A stretch of DNA of 64,000 nt from a bacterium. GTDB lineage: Bacteria; UBA10199; 2-02-FULL-44-16; JAAZCA01. Where the stretch lies: contig CAXXGI010000001.1 of the NCBI GenBank assembly GCA_963674695.2, positions 896,001 through 960,000 on the forward strand. The letters run 5' to 3'. This document shows, piece after piece, positions 18,912 to 28,028 of the stretch. The translations under genes were made by a program, and so were the position numbers. The notes under the pieces were generated by a model. It was not told the DNA's origin. It did not search any database and was given only the letters and a program-made list of their open reading frames with translations. Position 1 is the first letter of the stretch; every line of letters begins with the position of its first letter.

Positions 18912-18983
18912 TGTCATTCCAGCGAAAGCGGGAATCTCGCCTTAAAATGGTCAATCGAGATCCCCGCGTTCGCGGGGATGACA
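18912..18983. repeat. REP-like inverted doublet
   Basis: TGTCATTCCAGCGAAAGCGGGAATCTCG...CGAGATCCCCGCGTTCGCGGGGATGACA. Confidence 0.88.
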
Positions 18984-18988
18984 AAACA

Positions 18989-19450
18989 TCACTTCATCTC
19001 AAAGATCCCCGCCAATTCCACACACGCATTGAAGGGCAGGCTTGCCACGCCGACGAGCGTTCGCACGTGTTTTCCGTATGGGCCGAAGATCTGCGTGAAC
19101 AATTCGCTCGCGCCATCGACCACCTTGGCGTGATCGCGAAAGTCCGCACCGCATGCGACAAACCCATCAAGGCGAACGATGCGCCGCACGGCTGTGAGCG
19201 ACCCCTTCCCTTCTCGGGCGACGAGCGCGAGCATCTGCACCGCCGCTGCGCGCGCGGCTGAACGCGCATTGTCCAGGCGCACCTCCACGCCGACGCGCCC
19301 CGGAAACTGGATGCGCCCTTCGGCCTGAGGCAGGACGCCACCGATGTGCAGAAGCTTTCCGACCTTGAGCGCGCCGAGACTCGCGCCCATCTCCACCGGC
19401 GGTTCCGGCAGGTCGATGAAGAGTTCTTCAAAACGTTCGTCGAAGTTCAC
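18989..19450 (-). CDS. RidA/YjgF family protein
   Basis: DHAKVVDGASELF..IFGPYGKHVRTLVGVASLPFNACVE. Confidence 0.85.
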   Translation of the reverse strand: MNFDERFEELFIDLPEPPVEMGASLGALKVGKLLHIGGVLPQAEGRIQFPGRVGVEVRLDNARSAARAAAVQMLALVAREGKGSLTAVRRIVRLDGFVACGADFRDHAKVVDGASELFTQIFGPYGKHVRTLVGVASLPFNACVELAGIFEMK

Positions 19451-20223
19451 GAGGCCCTCGCCTTCGGCTTATAGATGAAGAGGAAGGCAATCAGCGGCGT
19501 TCCCTTCAGGTTGCGATAGATGCCGATCTCCTGTTCGTGGAAGAATCCGCGCAGCGATTCATCGACGACCGCCTCGCGCACATCGATCACGCGAAAGCCG
19601 GATTGGCGACTCAGGCGATAGTAGTCCTCGAAGCGCTCGATCCCCGAGTCGGCCGGCCGCAAGCGCCCACTCCCCTTTTTGGCGAAGAGTCCGAACGGGT
19701 GATAGTCGATGATCACCCCCTGCCCACCGGGTTCGATCACGCGCCCGATCTCCCGAAAGGCCCGCACCATATCCCCCTGCAGGGTCGTGGCCAGCCGCGC
19801 GACGACATAGGCAAAGCACCCGGGCGGAAAGGGCATGCGCGCGAGTTCCCCGCGCACGACAAACCCTCGCGAGACATCCCCCTGCCGCCCGATGGAGGCC
19901 CCACCGATCTCGAGGCCCACGGCCATGCGCGCTTGAGAGGCCAGCAGCTTTGCCCCCAGAGCAACCGGACCTTCGCCCACTTCGAGGGCATCCTGCCCCT
20001 TGAGCGAGGGGATGGTCCCGAGCAGGACTTTTTCGGAAGCGCTATCGATGAGTTCACGCAAGCGATGGGGCGAGAGCTGGCTCTCCACCGAGAGCACCGG
20101 CTGCACACCGCCGCGGCTCTCCACCCGCATCCGCGCATGTTTCGCCTTGCCGATGATCGCCTCGACATGGTGGCCGAGCCATTCCATCGCGCGCCGGAGC
20201 GTCTGTTCGAATGATTCAGACAT
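19447..20223 (-). CDS. Class I SAM-dependent methyltransferase-like protein
   Basis: DALEVGEGP motif I-like; MPFP; EIGRVIEPGG..IIDYHP. Confidence 0.65.
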   Translation of the reverse strand: MSESFEQTLRRAMEWLGHHVEAIIGKAKHARMRVESRGGVQPVLSVESQLSPHRLRELIDSASEKVLLGTIPSLKGQDALEVGEGPVALGAKLLASQARMAVGLEIGGASIGRQGDVSRGFVVRGELARMPFPPGCFAYVVARLATTLQGDMVRAFREIGRVIEPGGQGVIIDYHPFGLFAKKGSGRLRPADSGIERFEDYYRLSRQSGFRVIDVREAVVDESLRGFFHEQEIGIYRNLKGTPLIAFLFIYKPKARAS

Positions 20224-20317
20224 TGTCGCCACTGTAACGAAAAGAGGCCCTGCTCACAACAGAAACCATTTGAAGTCCATCCAAACGATCCCACAGTTGT
20301 GCTTCCCCAAAAAACCC

Positions 20318-20587
20318 TCTACATAATGTCTGTTGGAAAAGGGGGTTTTGTCGTCATTCCCGCGAAGGCGGGAATCTCGAAGCACTTGTAAATCGAGATT
20401 CCCGCCTTCGCGGGAATGACAAAAAACGGTGAAACCAGCATTTCCCGACAGACTCTACATAGTGCCTGTTGGGAAAAGGGTTTTGTCGTCATTCCCGCGA
20501 AGGCGGGAATCTCGAAGCACTTGTAAATCGAGATTCCCGCCTTCGCGGGAATGACAAAAAACGGCACTCCCCGACAGGTTCTACATA
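20318..20587. repeat. Two tandem ~135-bp units, each carrying an identical REP doublet (20353-20420, 20488-20555)
   Basis: GTCATTCCCGCGAAGGCGGGAATCTCGA...TCGAGATTCCCGCCTTCGCGGGAATGAC twice; units bounded by TCTACATA. Confidence 0.92.
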
Positions 20588-20624
20588 CATAATGATAACG
20601 ATTTCAGCAGAGCGAGGAATATCC

Positions 20625-22178
20625 ATGAAAATTCAACTGATGAAAACCTCTCCCGAGAAATATGCCGCGGACATGATCGTCATCGGCCTCTATGAACGGG
20701 AGCGGGATAGATCCAAGAAGAAGCCTGCGCGCAACACCGCCGTCCTCAAGCATACCGATGGCGGCGTGGCATTGGACCGTGCGCTCAACGGCGGGATCGG
20801 AAAACAGATCAAACAGGAGAACTTCTCGGGGGGTCGGGGGGAAACGATCTGCCTCTTCACGGCCGGGCGTATCCCTGCGCGCTTCGTCCTGCTCGTGGGA
20901 CTCGGCCCCAAAAAGGAATGGAACCAGGAGAAGCTTCGCGAAGCGGGGGCAACCATCGCCCGCCAGGCCGAGGAGGTGCATGCCAAGGAGGTTGCGCTCG
21001 TACTGGAACGCAGCGAGCTGGAGCAGATGACCGCACCCGAACGCGCGCGCGCAATCGCTGAAGGGATGCAGCTGGGCACCTATCGGTTCGACCGCTACAA
21101 GACAACCGATGCCGGAAAACCTCCTCCCGTGAAGAAGCTCACCTTCCTCTATGCCGGAAATGGAAAACCGATCCACGATGCCACCCGCGTTGGAGCGATC
21201 GTCGCCAAGGCGACCTGCTTCGCACGCGACCTGGGAAACCAGGCGGGATCGGACAATACGCCACAGGCCTTGGCCCGCACCGCGCGTCGCATGGTCAAGC
21301 GCGGCAAGCTGCGCTGCACCGTCTGGAATCGCACCGCGATTGCCAAAGCACGTATGGGGGGAGTGTTGGCCGTCGCAAAGGGGTCGAGCGAGCCCCCGGC
21401 CTTCATCCGACTCGACTACAAGCCGACCGGAAAGAGCACAGGACACATCGTCCTCATCGGCAAAGGCGTCACCTTCGATGCGGGAGGCATTTCGCTCAAG
21501 CCCCCGCGCTCGCTTCCCCACATGAAAGACGACATGGGTGGCGCAGCCACAGTGCTCGGCGCCATGCAGGCGATCACAGAGCTCAAACCACGCACGCGCG
21601 TCACCGCGCTGATCCCCGCCGCTGAAAATATGCCGGATGGAGGTGCCTTCAAACCCGACGACATCATCACGATGCGCAGCGGAAAGACCGTCGAGATCAT
21701 CTCGACCGACGCGGAGGGGAGGCTCCTGCTCGCAGATGCGCTCTCGCTCGCGGGTGAACTCAAACCCGACGCCATCATCGACGTGGCCACGCTCACGGGA
21801 GGCGCGGTCTACTGTTGCGGTGAACTCTATACGCTGGTCGTCGGAACCAACCAACGCCTCGTCGATCGATTGCTGCGCGCCAGCAGCATCACCGGTGAAC
21901 GCGTCTGGCAACTCCCCCTGGTCGAGGAATACCGGAAAGGATTCACCACCGGCATCGCGGATCTGCGCAACACGGGAAAGTCCAAGGCACAGACGATCAA
22001 CGGCGCCATCTTCTTAAAGGAGTTCGTGGACGAGAAGATCCCGTGGGTGCATCTGGACATTGCGGCCTCCTCGTTGGCGGAGGAGGAACTGCCGCTATCA
22101 CCGCAGGGTCCAACCGGCGCCATGGTGCGCACGCTCGTGCAGTTGGTGATGGATTATCGAAAGCGGATCACGGATTGA
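20625..22178 (+). CDS. pepA: Leucyl aminopeptidase (M17)
   Basis: GKGVTFDAGGISLK, MKDDMGG, AENMP, STDAEGRLLLAD, ATLTG, HLDIA. Confidence 0.92.
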   Translation: MKIQLMKTSPEKYAADMIVIGLYERERDRSKKKPARNTAVLKHTDGGVALDRALNGGIGKQIKQENFSGGRGETICLFTAGRIPARFVLLVGLGPKKEWNQEKLREAGATIARQAEEVHAKEVALVLERSELEQMTAPERARAIAEGMQLGTYRFDRYKTTDAGKPPPVKKLTFLYAGNGKPIHDATRVGAIVAKATCFARDLGNQAGSDNTPQALARTARRMVKRGKLRCTVWNRTAIAKARMGGVLAVAKGSSEPPAFIRLDYKPTGKSTGHIVLIGKGVTFDAGGISLKPPRSLPHMKDDMGGAATVLGAMQAITELKPRTRVTALIPAAENMPDGGAFKPDDIITMRSGKTVEIISTDAEGRLLLADALSLAGELKPDAIIDVATLTGGAVYCCGELYTLVVGTNQRLVDRLLRASSITGERVWQLPLVEEYRKGFTTGIADLRNTGKSKAQTINGAIFLKEFVDEKIPWVHLDIAASSLAEEELPLSPQGPTGAMVRTLVQLVMDYRKRITD

Positions 22179-22180
22179 TC

Positions 22181-22414
22181 TCACCCAAAAAATTTGGTGC
22201 GAGCAGGGGAGAGCGGGGTCTTCGATTGAGACTTGCCCGCCTTCATCGCCTTGTTGGGAGCATCGGAGACGAACTCACTGCGCGAGTGATTGAAGAAGGC
22301 GACCGCACTGCCCTCCTCGTCTTGACCCTCGTTCACGAGCGAGACGAAGCGCCTGTCCTGGGCAACGGAGGTCGTAGGCTTGGTCATCACGTTTTTTGGA
22401 ACCTTGTTCACCAT
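22181..22414 (-). CDS. Small hypothetical protein
   Basis: 77-aa ORF with GGGAGA SD and an upstream sigma28-like motif. Confidence 0.5.
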   Translation of the reverse strand: MVNKVPKNVMTKPTTSVAQDRRFVSLVNEGQDEEGSAVAFFNHSRSEFVSDAPNKAMKAGKSQSKTPLSPARTKFFG

Positions 22415-22453
22415 GGACAGAAGTCTCCCGTGGATGCACCTCTCCTATAGCTA

Positions 22454-22481
22454 TTATCGGCAGCTTTGCCCCAAATGTTGC
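22454..22481 (-). promoter_or_regulatory. sigma28-like promoter GCAAC-N15-GCCGATAA
   Basis: Exact FliA -10 octamer; same arrangement at 43929-43956. Confidence 0.55.
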
Positions 22482-22545
22482 GTGGGAAATGTAGCGACGG
22501 GAAAAAACACAATTCCTTAATAATATCAAATAGATATAAGAATAT

Positions 22546-23031
22546 TCACCGAACGGGATGGGTGAAATCCTGCTCCAGAGACGCAATGCGTTCGGTCAGC
22601 CATCCGAGCCGAACCGAGCCGGTCTCCTCGATGAGCGGCAGCCAGGGCTTGATGTCGAGCACCGCCGTCCCCTCGATGAGGTCGAGGCCGCGCACATGCA
22701 GCACACCCCCCTCGATGCGTTCGAGGCGCACGGTCGTAAGGGCGATCGGGTTGGGGCGATCGGGCGAGCGCGTCGAGAAGACGCCGCGCGGCTGCGTGTC
22801 CCACGGCGGATGTGCGGTGAGACTATCGCGCCGTCCCTGATGCAGATAGGCCACGATGATGATGTGAGAAAATCCGTCGAGATCGGCGAGCCCCCCGTGA
22901 TACGCGGGATCGATCTCCACCGTCCCGACGATCTCCTTCTTTCGTGCATACGGCCCCTTGGGCACATCGGTCCGATCGCAAAAAGGGGAATGAACGACAC
23001 CGATGGGTGTAAAGGCAATATTCTCCGTCAT
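22546..23031 (-). CDS. trmO: tRNA (t6A37)-N6-methyltransferase TrmO/TsaA
   Basis: PIGVVHSPF, GVFSTRSPDRPNPIAL, GLDLIEGTAVLDIKP. Confidence 0.9.
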   Translation of the reverse strand: MTENIAFTPIGVVHSPFCDRTDVPKGPYARKKEIVGTVEIDPAYHGGLADLDGFSHIIIVAYLHQGRRDSLTAHPPWDTQPRGVFSTRSPDRPNPIALTTVRLERIEGGVLHVRGLDLIEGTAVLDIKPWLPLIEETGSVRLGWLTERIASLEQDFTHPVR

Positions 23032-23120
23032 CGTTCACCTCGCTTAAAAAAATGTTGTCACAGCGTTCCCGATCGGGGAAGAGAACGCAAATGGATTTCG
23101 ATTCGAAAAAGGAACGCCCT

Positions 23121-23600
23121 ATGAATGCCAACGACGTGATCACCATGCTCAAGCTCGAACCGCTTCCCGAGGAGGGAGGGTTCTATCGGGAAACGCATCG
23201 TGCCCCCCAGACCATCGAGGGGAGGAGCATCTCGACATGCATCCTTTTCCTGCAGACGCCCCAGGAGTTCTCGGCGTTTCACCTGCTGAAAAGCAGCGAT
23301 GAAATCTGGCACTTCTCCGCCGGCGACCCGATCGATCTCGTGTTGATCGACAACGACAGCGGACAGGCGCAGCACATCACACTGGGTTCGAATCTCGCAA
23401 AGGGGCAGGTCCCGCAATGGATCGTTCCGGCCGGCACGTGGTTCGCCTCGCGGCTCCAAGACGACGGCGCGTGGGGACTCGTCGGATGCACGGTCACACC
23501 CGGATTTACATTCGATGATTTCGTGATCGGGAATCGCGAGAAACTGCTCGCGCGCTATCCGAAAGCAGAAGCCGAGATCCGGGCGCTGACGCGGGGATGA
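23121..23600 (+). CDS. Cupin domain protein (DUF985/Cupin_5)
   Basis: LEPLPEEGGFYRET, SDEIWHF, VPAGTWF, VGCTVTPGFTFDDF. Confidence 0.88.
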   Translation: MNANDVITMLKLEPLPEEGGFYRETHRAPQTIEGRSISTCILFLQTPQEFSAFHLLKSSDEIWHFSAGDPIDLVLIDNDSGQAQHITLGSNLAKGQVPQWIVPAGTWFASRLQDDGAWGLVGCTVTPGFTFDDFVIGNREKLLARYPKAEAEIRALTRG

Positions 23601-23624
23601 ACAGCCCTCACTGAAGAGGGCCAA

Positions 23625-23930
23625 TCACTTCAGTTCAATCTTTCTCTTTTCGGGATCCGCATGCTGGCGATAGAAGATCGCCTGATGGCCGATCATACCG
23701 ACGCATTCTGAGGAGGTTGCCTCCTCTATTTTCGCTGAGAGCTCTTTCTTCTGTTCCTTCTCCTTAAAATCGACAAAGCTCAGTTTGATGAGCTCGTGCG
23801 TATCGAGCGCCGCATCGATCGCACCGATCACCGACGGCACCAGCCCCTGCTTGCCGATGGAGACCACGGGCTTGATGCCATGTGCAAGTCCACGCAATAA
23901 TTTTCGCTGCGACCCTTTCAACTTTTCCAT
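23625..23930 (-). CDS. yhbY: YhbY family RNA-binding protein
   Basis: LRGLAHGIKPVVSIGKQGL...HELIK...IGHQAIFYR. Confidence 0.88.
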   Translation of the reverse strand: MEKLKGSQRKLLRGLAHGIKPVVSIGKQGLVPSVIGAIDAALDTHELIKLSFVDFKEKEQKKELSAKIEEATSSECVGMIGHQAIFYRQHADPEKRKIELK

Positions 23931-23932
23931 GA

Positions 23933-24043
23933 TCATCTCCTCGCTGCCGTCGGAGTGGTCGTGCCGCTTCCACTGCCGCCACAGGCAGCAACCACCGCCA
24001 CGCTCAGCCCTGCCCGTATCATCGCGATACGCTTGAAATTCAT
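23933..24043 (-). CDS. 36-aa lipoprotein-like peptide or remnant (not in ORF track)
   Basis: MNFKRIAMIRAGLSVAVVAACGGSGSGTTTPTAARR*; lipobox VAAC, purine-rich SD. Confidence 0.4.
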   Translation of the reverse strand: MNFKRIAMIRAGLSVAVVAACGGSGSGTTTPTAARR

Positions 24044-24201
24044 ACCCCCCCTGCCTCAATAAAGGCAGATTAATCGACGCAGCCCAAGAGAACAAATAGA
24101 TTCCTCCGCAACGAGAACCAATCATTTTGGGGCCTGCGAATGGATATTGATAACAACTTGATATTCATGTAAAAATGAAACTCATTTCGAAGGAGACCCC
24201 C

Positions 24202-25461
24202 ATGCATTCCGTCATGAAGAAACTCTCTCTCGCCGTCGTCCTGCTCATCGCGACCCTGCCTTCCTTGCCGTCGTTCGCCCTCACCAAGGGCTTCCAGGCT
24301 GTTTCCCTCAACCCGGCGACAGACGGCGGCCCCTATATCGGCATCTGGGGGAGCGATAATCTCGGTCAACTCGAGTGGGAACTGGGCACGCTCGGCGTCT
24401 ACGCCTATCGTCCGCTGCAACTCACGGCGGGCGGCAATCGGGTACGTGGCATTCTCGACAACACGATCGTGCAACATTTTTACGGACAACTCGGCGTGAT
24501 CGATCGCTGGCTCTCCATAGGCTTCGACCTGCCGATGGGCTGGTGGGCGCAGTTCCGCGACCCGAACGTCGCCGGTGCGACGAATCAAAACAAGGTCGTG
24601 GTCGGCGACGCCACCATCAACTTCAAGTCAGAGCTGGTCAAAACCGAGACGTTCGGCCTGGCCCTGCGCCCGTTTCTCACGATTCCCACAGGATATGGGA
24701 AGGAATTCTTTGGCAATGGCACCGTCACCGGCGGCGGAACATTCATCGCCGAGGTGACGCCGATCAAACGGTGGTCGATTGCGCTCAACGCGGGCGTGCA
24801 GGGGAGGCAGGAATTCAATTTTCGCGACATCAAGAAGGATACGCAGCTCGAACTCGGGCTCGGCACGACGGTGCAGATTGCCAGCCCCGTATCGCTCGTC
24901 GCAGAAGTAGCAACGACCACGCGTTTCATGGATCCCTTCGGTGAAAAGGTCGAAACGCCGACCGAGGCGCGTGGAGCGGTGAAGTGGAAGATCGGCAAGA
25001 CGGGACTGCTCGCCAGCGCTGGCGGCACCGCAGGCATCGTTCGCGGTTCTGGCGCTCCAACGTACAGCATCTTTGCGGGGTTGAGCTTCTCACCGCGGAG
25101 GCGCCCCCATCGCGCAAAGCGATCCGCACTCGATTTCAGCGACTACACCGTGCACTTCGCATCGAACAGCGCCCAGATCACCGAAACTGAAAATGCTGAC
25201 AAGATTTGCGACCTCTCCGATAAAATCCGCGACACGAAGATTGACCTCCTCATTGAGGGCTACACGGATTCAACGGGAACTGCGAAGTTCAACGAAACGC
25301 TCTCGAAGAAACGCGCCGACAAGGTCGCGTGGTTCTTAAAGCTCCTCGGCATCAAGCCATCGCGCATAACGAGCATGGGTAAGGGCGAGGCGAATCCAGC
25401 GGAGAGCAACGAGACCCGAGCGGGGCGCGCCGCCAATCGACGTGTGGAATTTTCTCAATAA
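24202..25461 (+). CDS. OmpA-family protein (N-terminal beta-barrel, C-terminal peptidoglycan-binding domain)
   Basis: Signal peptide; IEGYTDSTG...NETLSKKRA...NRRVEF. Confidence 0.88.
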   Translation: MHSVMKKLSLAVVLLIATLPSLPSFALTKGFQAVSLNPATDGGPYIGIWGSDNLGQLEWELGTLGVYAYRPLQLTAGGNRVRGILDNTIVQHFYGQLGVIDRWLSIGFDLPMGWWAQFRDPNVAGATNQNKVVVGDATINFKSELVKTETFGLALRPFLTIPTGYGKEFFGNGTVTGGGTFIAEVTPIKRWSIALNAGVQGRQEFNFRDIKKDTQLELGLGTTVQIASPVSLVAEVATTTRFMDPFGEKVETPTEARGAVKWKIGKTGLLASAGGTAGIVRGSGAPTYSIFAGLSFSPRRRPHRAKRSALDFSDYTVHFASNSAQITETENADKICDLSDKIRDTKIDLLIEGYTDSTGTAKFNETLSKKRADKVAWFLKLLGIKPSRITSMGKGEANPAESNETRAGRAANRRVEFSQ

Positions 25462-25604
25462 AGAACCACTCGCCTGAAGATATCCGACGGATCGTCGCAA
25501 TGCTCGCAACGGGCAGGATACAGCGGAAACAGACTATCCGGGGAAATGATTGATAACGCACTGTTATGAATGTATATTTTACACATCCTTCCAAAGGAGG
25601 GAAC

Positions 25605-27737
25605 TTGCCTTGTGTCATCAAAAAAATCGTCCCCGTCGCCTTGTTTTTTTTCTTCATGTCCTGCGGCACGGGCCCGGCGTTGGAAGAAAAAACGGGTAGC
25701 AATGCATCGGTGAACGTCGCCACCGGATCCGTCGATGTCGATATCAATTCAGGATTCACACTCGAGTTCAGCGTCGCCGCCAACACAGCAAGCGTTACGT
25801 CATCAACCTTCTTCGTCGTTCCGACAATCGTAGCGGACACATCTGCAGACATCGCCACGAAGGCCGCGATCAACACCAGCATCTGCGATCCGGCAAACGC
25901 CCTATCGGGCTCGATAACGCCCTCCACTCCGGGGAGCTGCGTCACCTCTTATTCATTGACCCCCGATTCCCCCCTTGGATATGAAACCGAGTACGCCCTC
26001 TGCGTGACCTCGGGAATTTCTTTCTGCAATCCAAATGTAAACGGCTTCTTTTCGGGGATGATGGAGACATTTACCACTGTTGCCGAGGGCGCAACCTACA
26101 CGGTCGGCGGAACGGTTACGGGTCTCAGCGGAACAGTCGTCTTACAAAATAACGCCGGTGATGACCTTACCCTGACAGGAGATGGAGCATTTACATTTTC
26201 AACCGCTATAACAGATGGCGCGGCCTATGACGCAACCGTAAAGACAAACCCGGACACACAAACCTGCACCGCATCGAACAACAGCGGGACGATCAGCGGC
26301 GCCAATGTCACAAATGTAACGGTAACATGCTCCACACATACATATACAGTTGGAGGCTCAGTCTCCGGACTTTCCGGAACCGTGGTGTTGCAAAATAACG
26401 CAACCGACGATTTGTCAGTCAACGCAAATGGCAGCTTCACCTTCCCGACCGAAGTCGCAGATGGATCTGGATACGCCGCAACTGTAAAAACAAATCCGAG
26501 TGAGCAGGCATGTGTTGTCGTGAATGATTCGGGAACTATCGATGGCGCCGATGTCACAAACGTTTCCGTAACGTGCACAACGAACACATATTCCATTGGT
26601 GGAACTCTCACGGGACTCGACACAGGCAGCGGCCTTGAAGTCGTCTTGCAGAACAACGGCGGTGACAATAAGACGCTCGATGCAAACGGTGCATTTACTT
26701 TTTCTGCGGAGCTAGAAGCCGGAGATGCGTATGCGGCAACCGTATCGACACAACCGGATGGTCAGGCCTGTCATGTGACGAATGGAGCAGGAACTATCAG
26801 CGGTGATGTTTCAAACGTAACCGTGTACTGCGCTTACTTTGCATATGTTGCAAATCGGACCGATGAAACAATTTCCGTAATAGATACAACGGACAACAGT
26901 GTCTACACCACCATAACGGATGGCTTGGGCTCTGGGCCATACGGCGTCGCTCTCACTTCTGATGGCAGCACTGCATATGTGACAAACAGGAGTGGCACAA
27001 CTGTCTCGGTCATCAGCACTGCTTCAAACACCGTAACCAACACCATATCTCGGGGAAGCGCTCCGCTCATTCAGCAGCCGATCGGTGTCGACATATCCCC
27101 TGATGACAACACGCTTTATTTTGCAAGCCACGACAATGACCTCTTATTTGTTTACGATATAAGCGGAAGTCCATCGTACACAACCGCCGTTTCCGTAGGC
27201 GACGGACCTGCAAACATTGCCGTTAATCCTATTGGCACCTATGTCTATGTGCCAACCTATGGCGCCAACATTTCAATCGTCGACACATCAGATAATACCG
27301 TGTCCAAGACACTCGCCGTTGGAACCAATCCTCACAACGCCTCCTTCTCTCCCAACGGAACTCATGCCTTTATTTCAAATAACGGAAGCAGCAATGTTTC
27401 TGTCGTAGAGACAGCTGGGCAAACGGTTGAAAGAACTGCCTCTGTTGGAGCCAATCCTCAAGGATCGGCAGTGACGCCTGACAGCGCCTTTGTCTATGTG
27501 ACAAATGCCGGACCCGGAAATCTCTCCCTTATCAATACATCCACATGGGCGGTTTCAACAATATCCGATGCCAGTTTTGATGGCCCAACTTTTGTGACAA
27601 TAGATAAGGATGGAGACTATGCGTATGTGAGCAACTCCGGCAGCAATACGGTGACTATAATAGATATGTCGGACAACAGCATTACCGGCACCATCACCGT
27701 TGGTAACGGGCCGGAAGGGATGGCTATCCAAAAATAA
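25605..27737 (+). CDS. Lipoprotein with three ~82-aa Ig-like repeats and a YVTN beta-propeller
   Basis: AGGAGG SD with TTG start, lipobox FMSC, Y(T/S)(V/I)GG...VVLQNN repeats, AYVTN/VYVTN blades; visibly lower GC. Confidence 0.82.
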   Translation: MPCVIKKIVPVALFFFFMSCGTGPALEEKTGSNASVNVATGSVDVDINSGFTLEFSVAANTASVTSSTFFVVPTIVADTSADIATKAAINTSICDPANALSGSITPSTPGSCVTSYSLTPDSPLGYETEYALCVTSGISFCNPNVNGFFSGMMETFTTVAEGATYTVGGTVTGLSGTVVLQNNAGDDLTLTGDGAFTFSTAITDGAAYDATVKTNPDTQTCTASNNSGTISGANVTNVTVTCSTHTYTVGGSVSGLSGTVVLQNNATDDLSVNANGSFTFPTEVADGSGYAATVKTNPSEQACVVVNDSGTIDGADVTNVSVTCTTNTYSIGGTLTGLDTGSGLEVVLQNNGGDNKTLDANGAFTFSAELEAGDAYAATVSTQPDGQACHVTNGAGTISGDVSNVTVYCAYFAYVANRTDETISVIDTTDNSVYTTITDGLGSGPYGVALTSDGSTAYVTNRSGTTVSVISTASNTVTNTISRGSAPLIQQPIGVDISPDDNTLYFASHDNDLLFVYDISGSPSYTTAVSVGDGPANIAVNPIGTYVYVPTYGANISIVDTSDNTVSKTLAVGTNPHNASFSPNGTHAFISNNGSSNVSVVETAGQTVERTASVGANPQGSAVTPDSAFVYVTNAGPGNLSLINTSTWAVSTISDASFDGPTFVTIDKDGDYAYVSNSGSNTVTIIDMSDNSITGTITVGNGPEGMAIQK

Positions 27738-27775
27738 AAAAACGAAGACTGAATTCGAATGTATAAAAAGGAAAA

Positions 27776-27810
27776 GGCCATAACCTGCTGTGGGTTATGG
27801 TCGTTTTTTT
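27776..27810 (+). terminator. Intrinsic terminator
   Basis: GGCCATAACC..GGTTATGGTC followed by T7. Confidence 0.7.
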
Positions 27811-27974
27811 GCTCGGGTGGCCAGGCGCCGGCTCGCTTGCCCGCCGAAGCTTTAGCGAAGGAGGGCGCACGCACTCGCCGGCACTTCAGCATTATATGGC
27901 TTTGCATGCGCAAAGCCTCAAAGTATTGAAGGTCGTCGAACAGGAGCCTTACGGCTCCGTTCGAGTCAATTTCA

Positions 27975-28028
27975 AAGGAGCCAAAAGAAACGGGGAAGGC
28001 AATTGCCTTCCCCGTTTCTTTTGGCTCC
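27975..28028 (-). terminator. Long hairpin downstream of and overlapping the tRNA 3' end
   Basis: GGAGCCAAAAGAAACGGG..CCCGTTTCTTTTGGCTCC inverted repeat. Confidence 0.6.

Noticed and set aside
15833-20567. Short ORFs read through repeats (15833..16021, 16411..16674, 18911..19261, 20319..20567)
   Set aside because: They are largely translations of REP-like palindromes (VIPAKAGI-type sequences)
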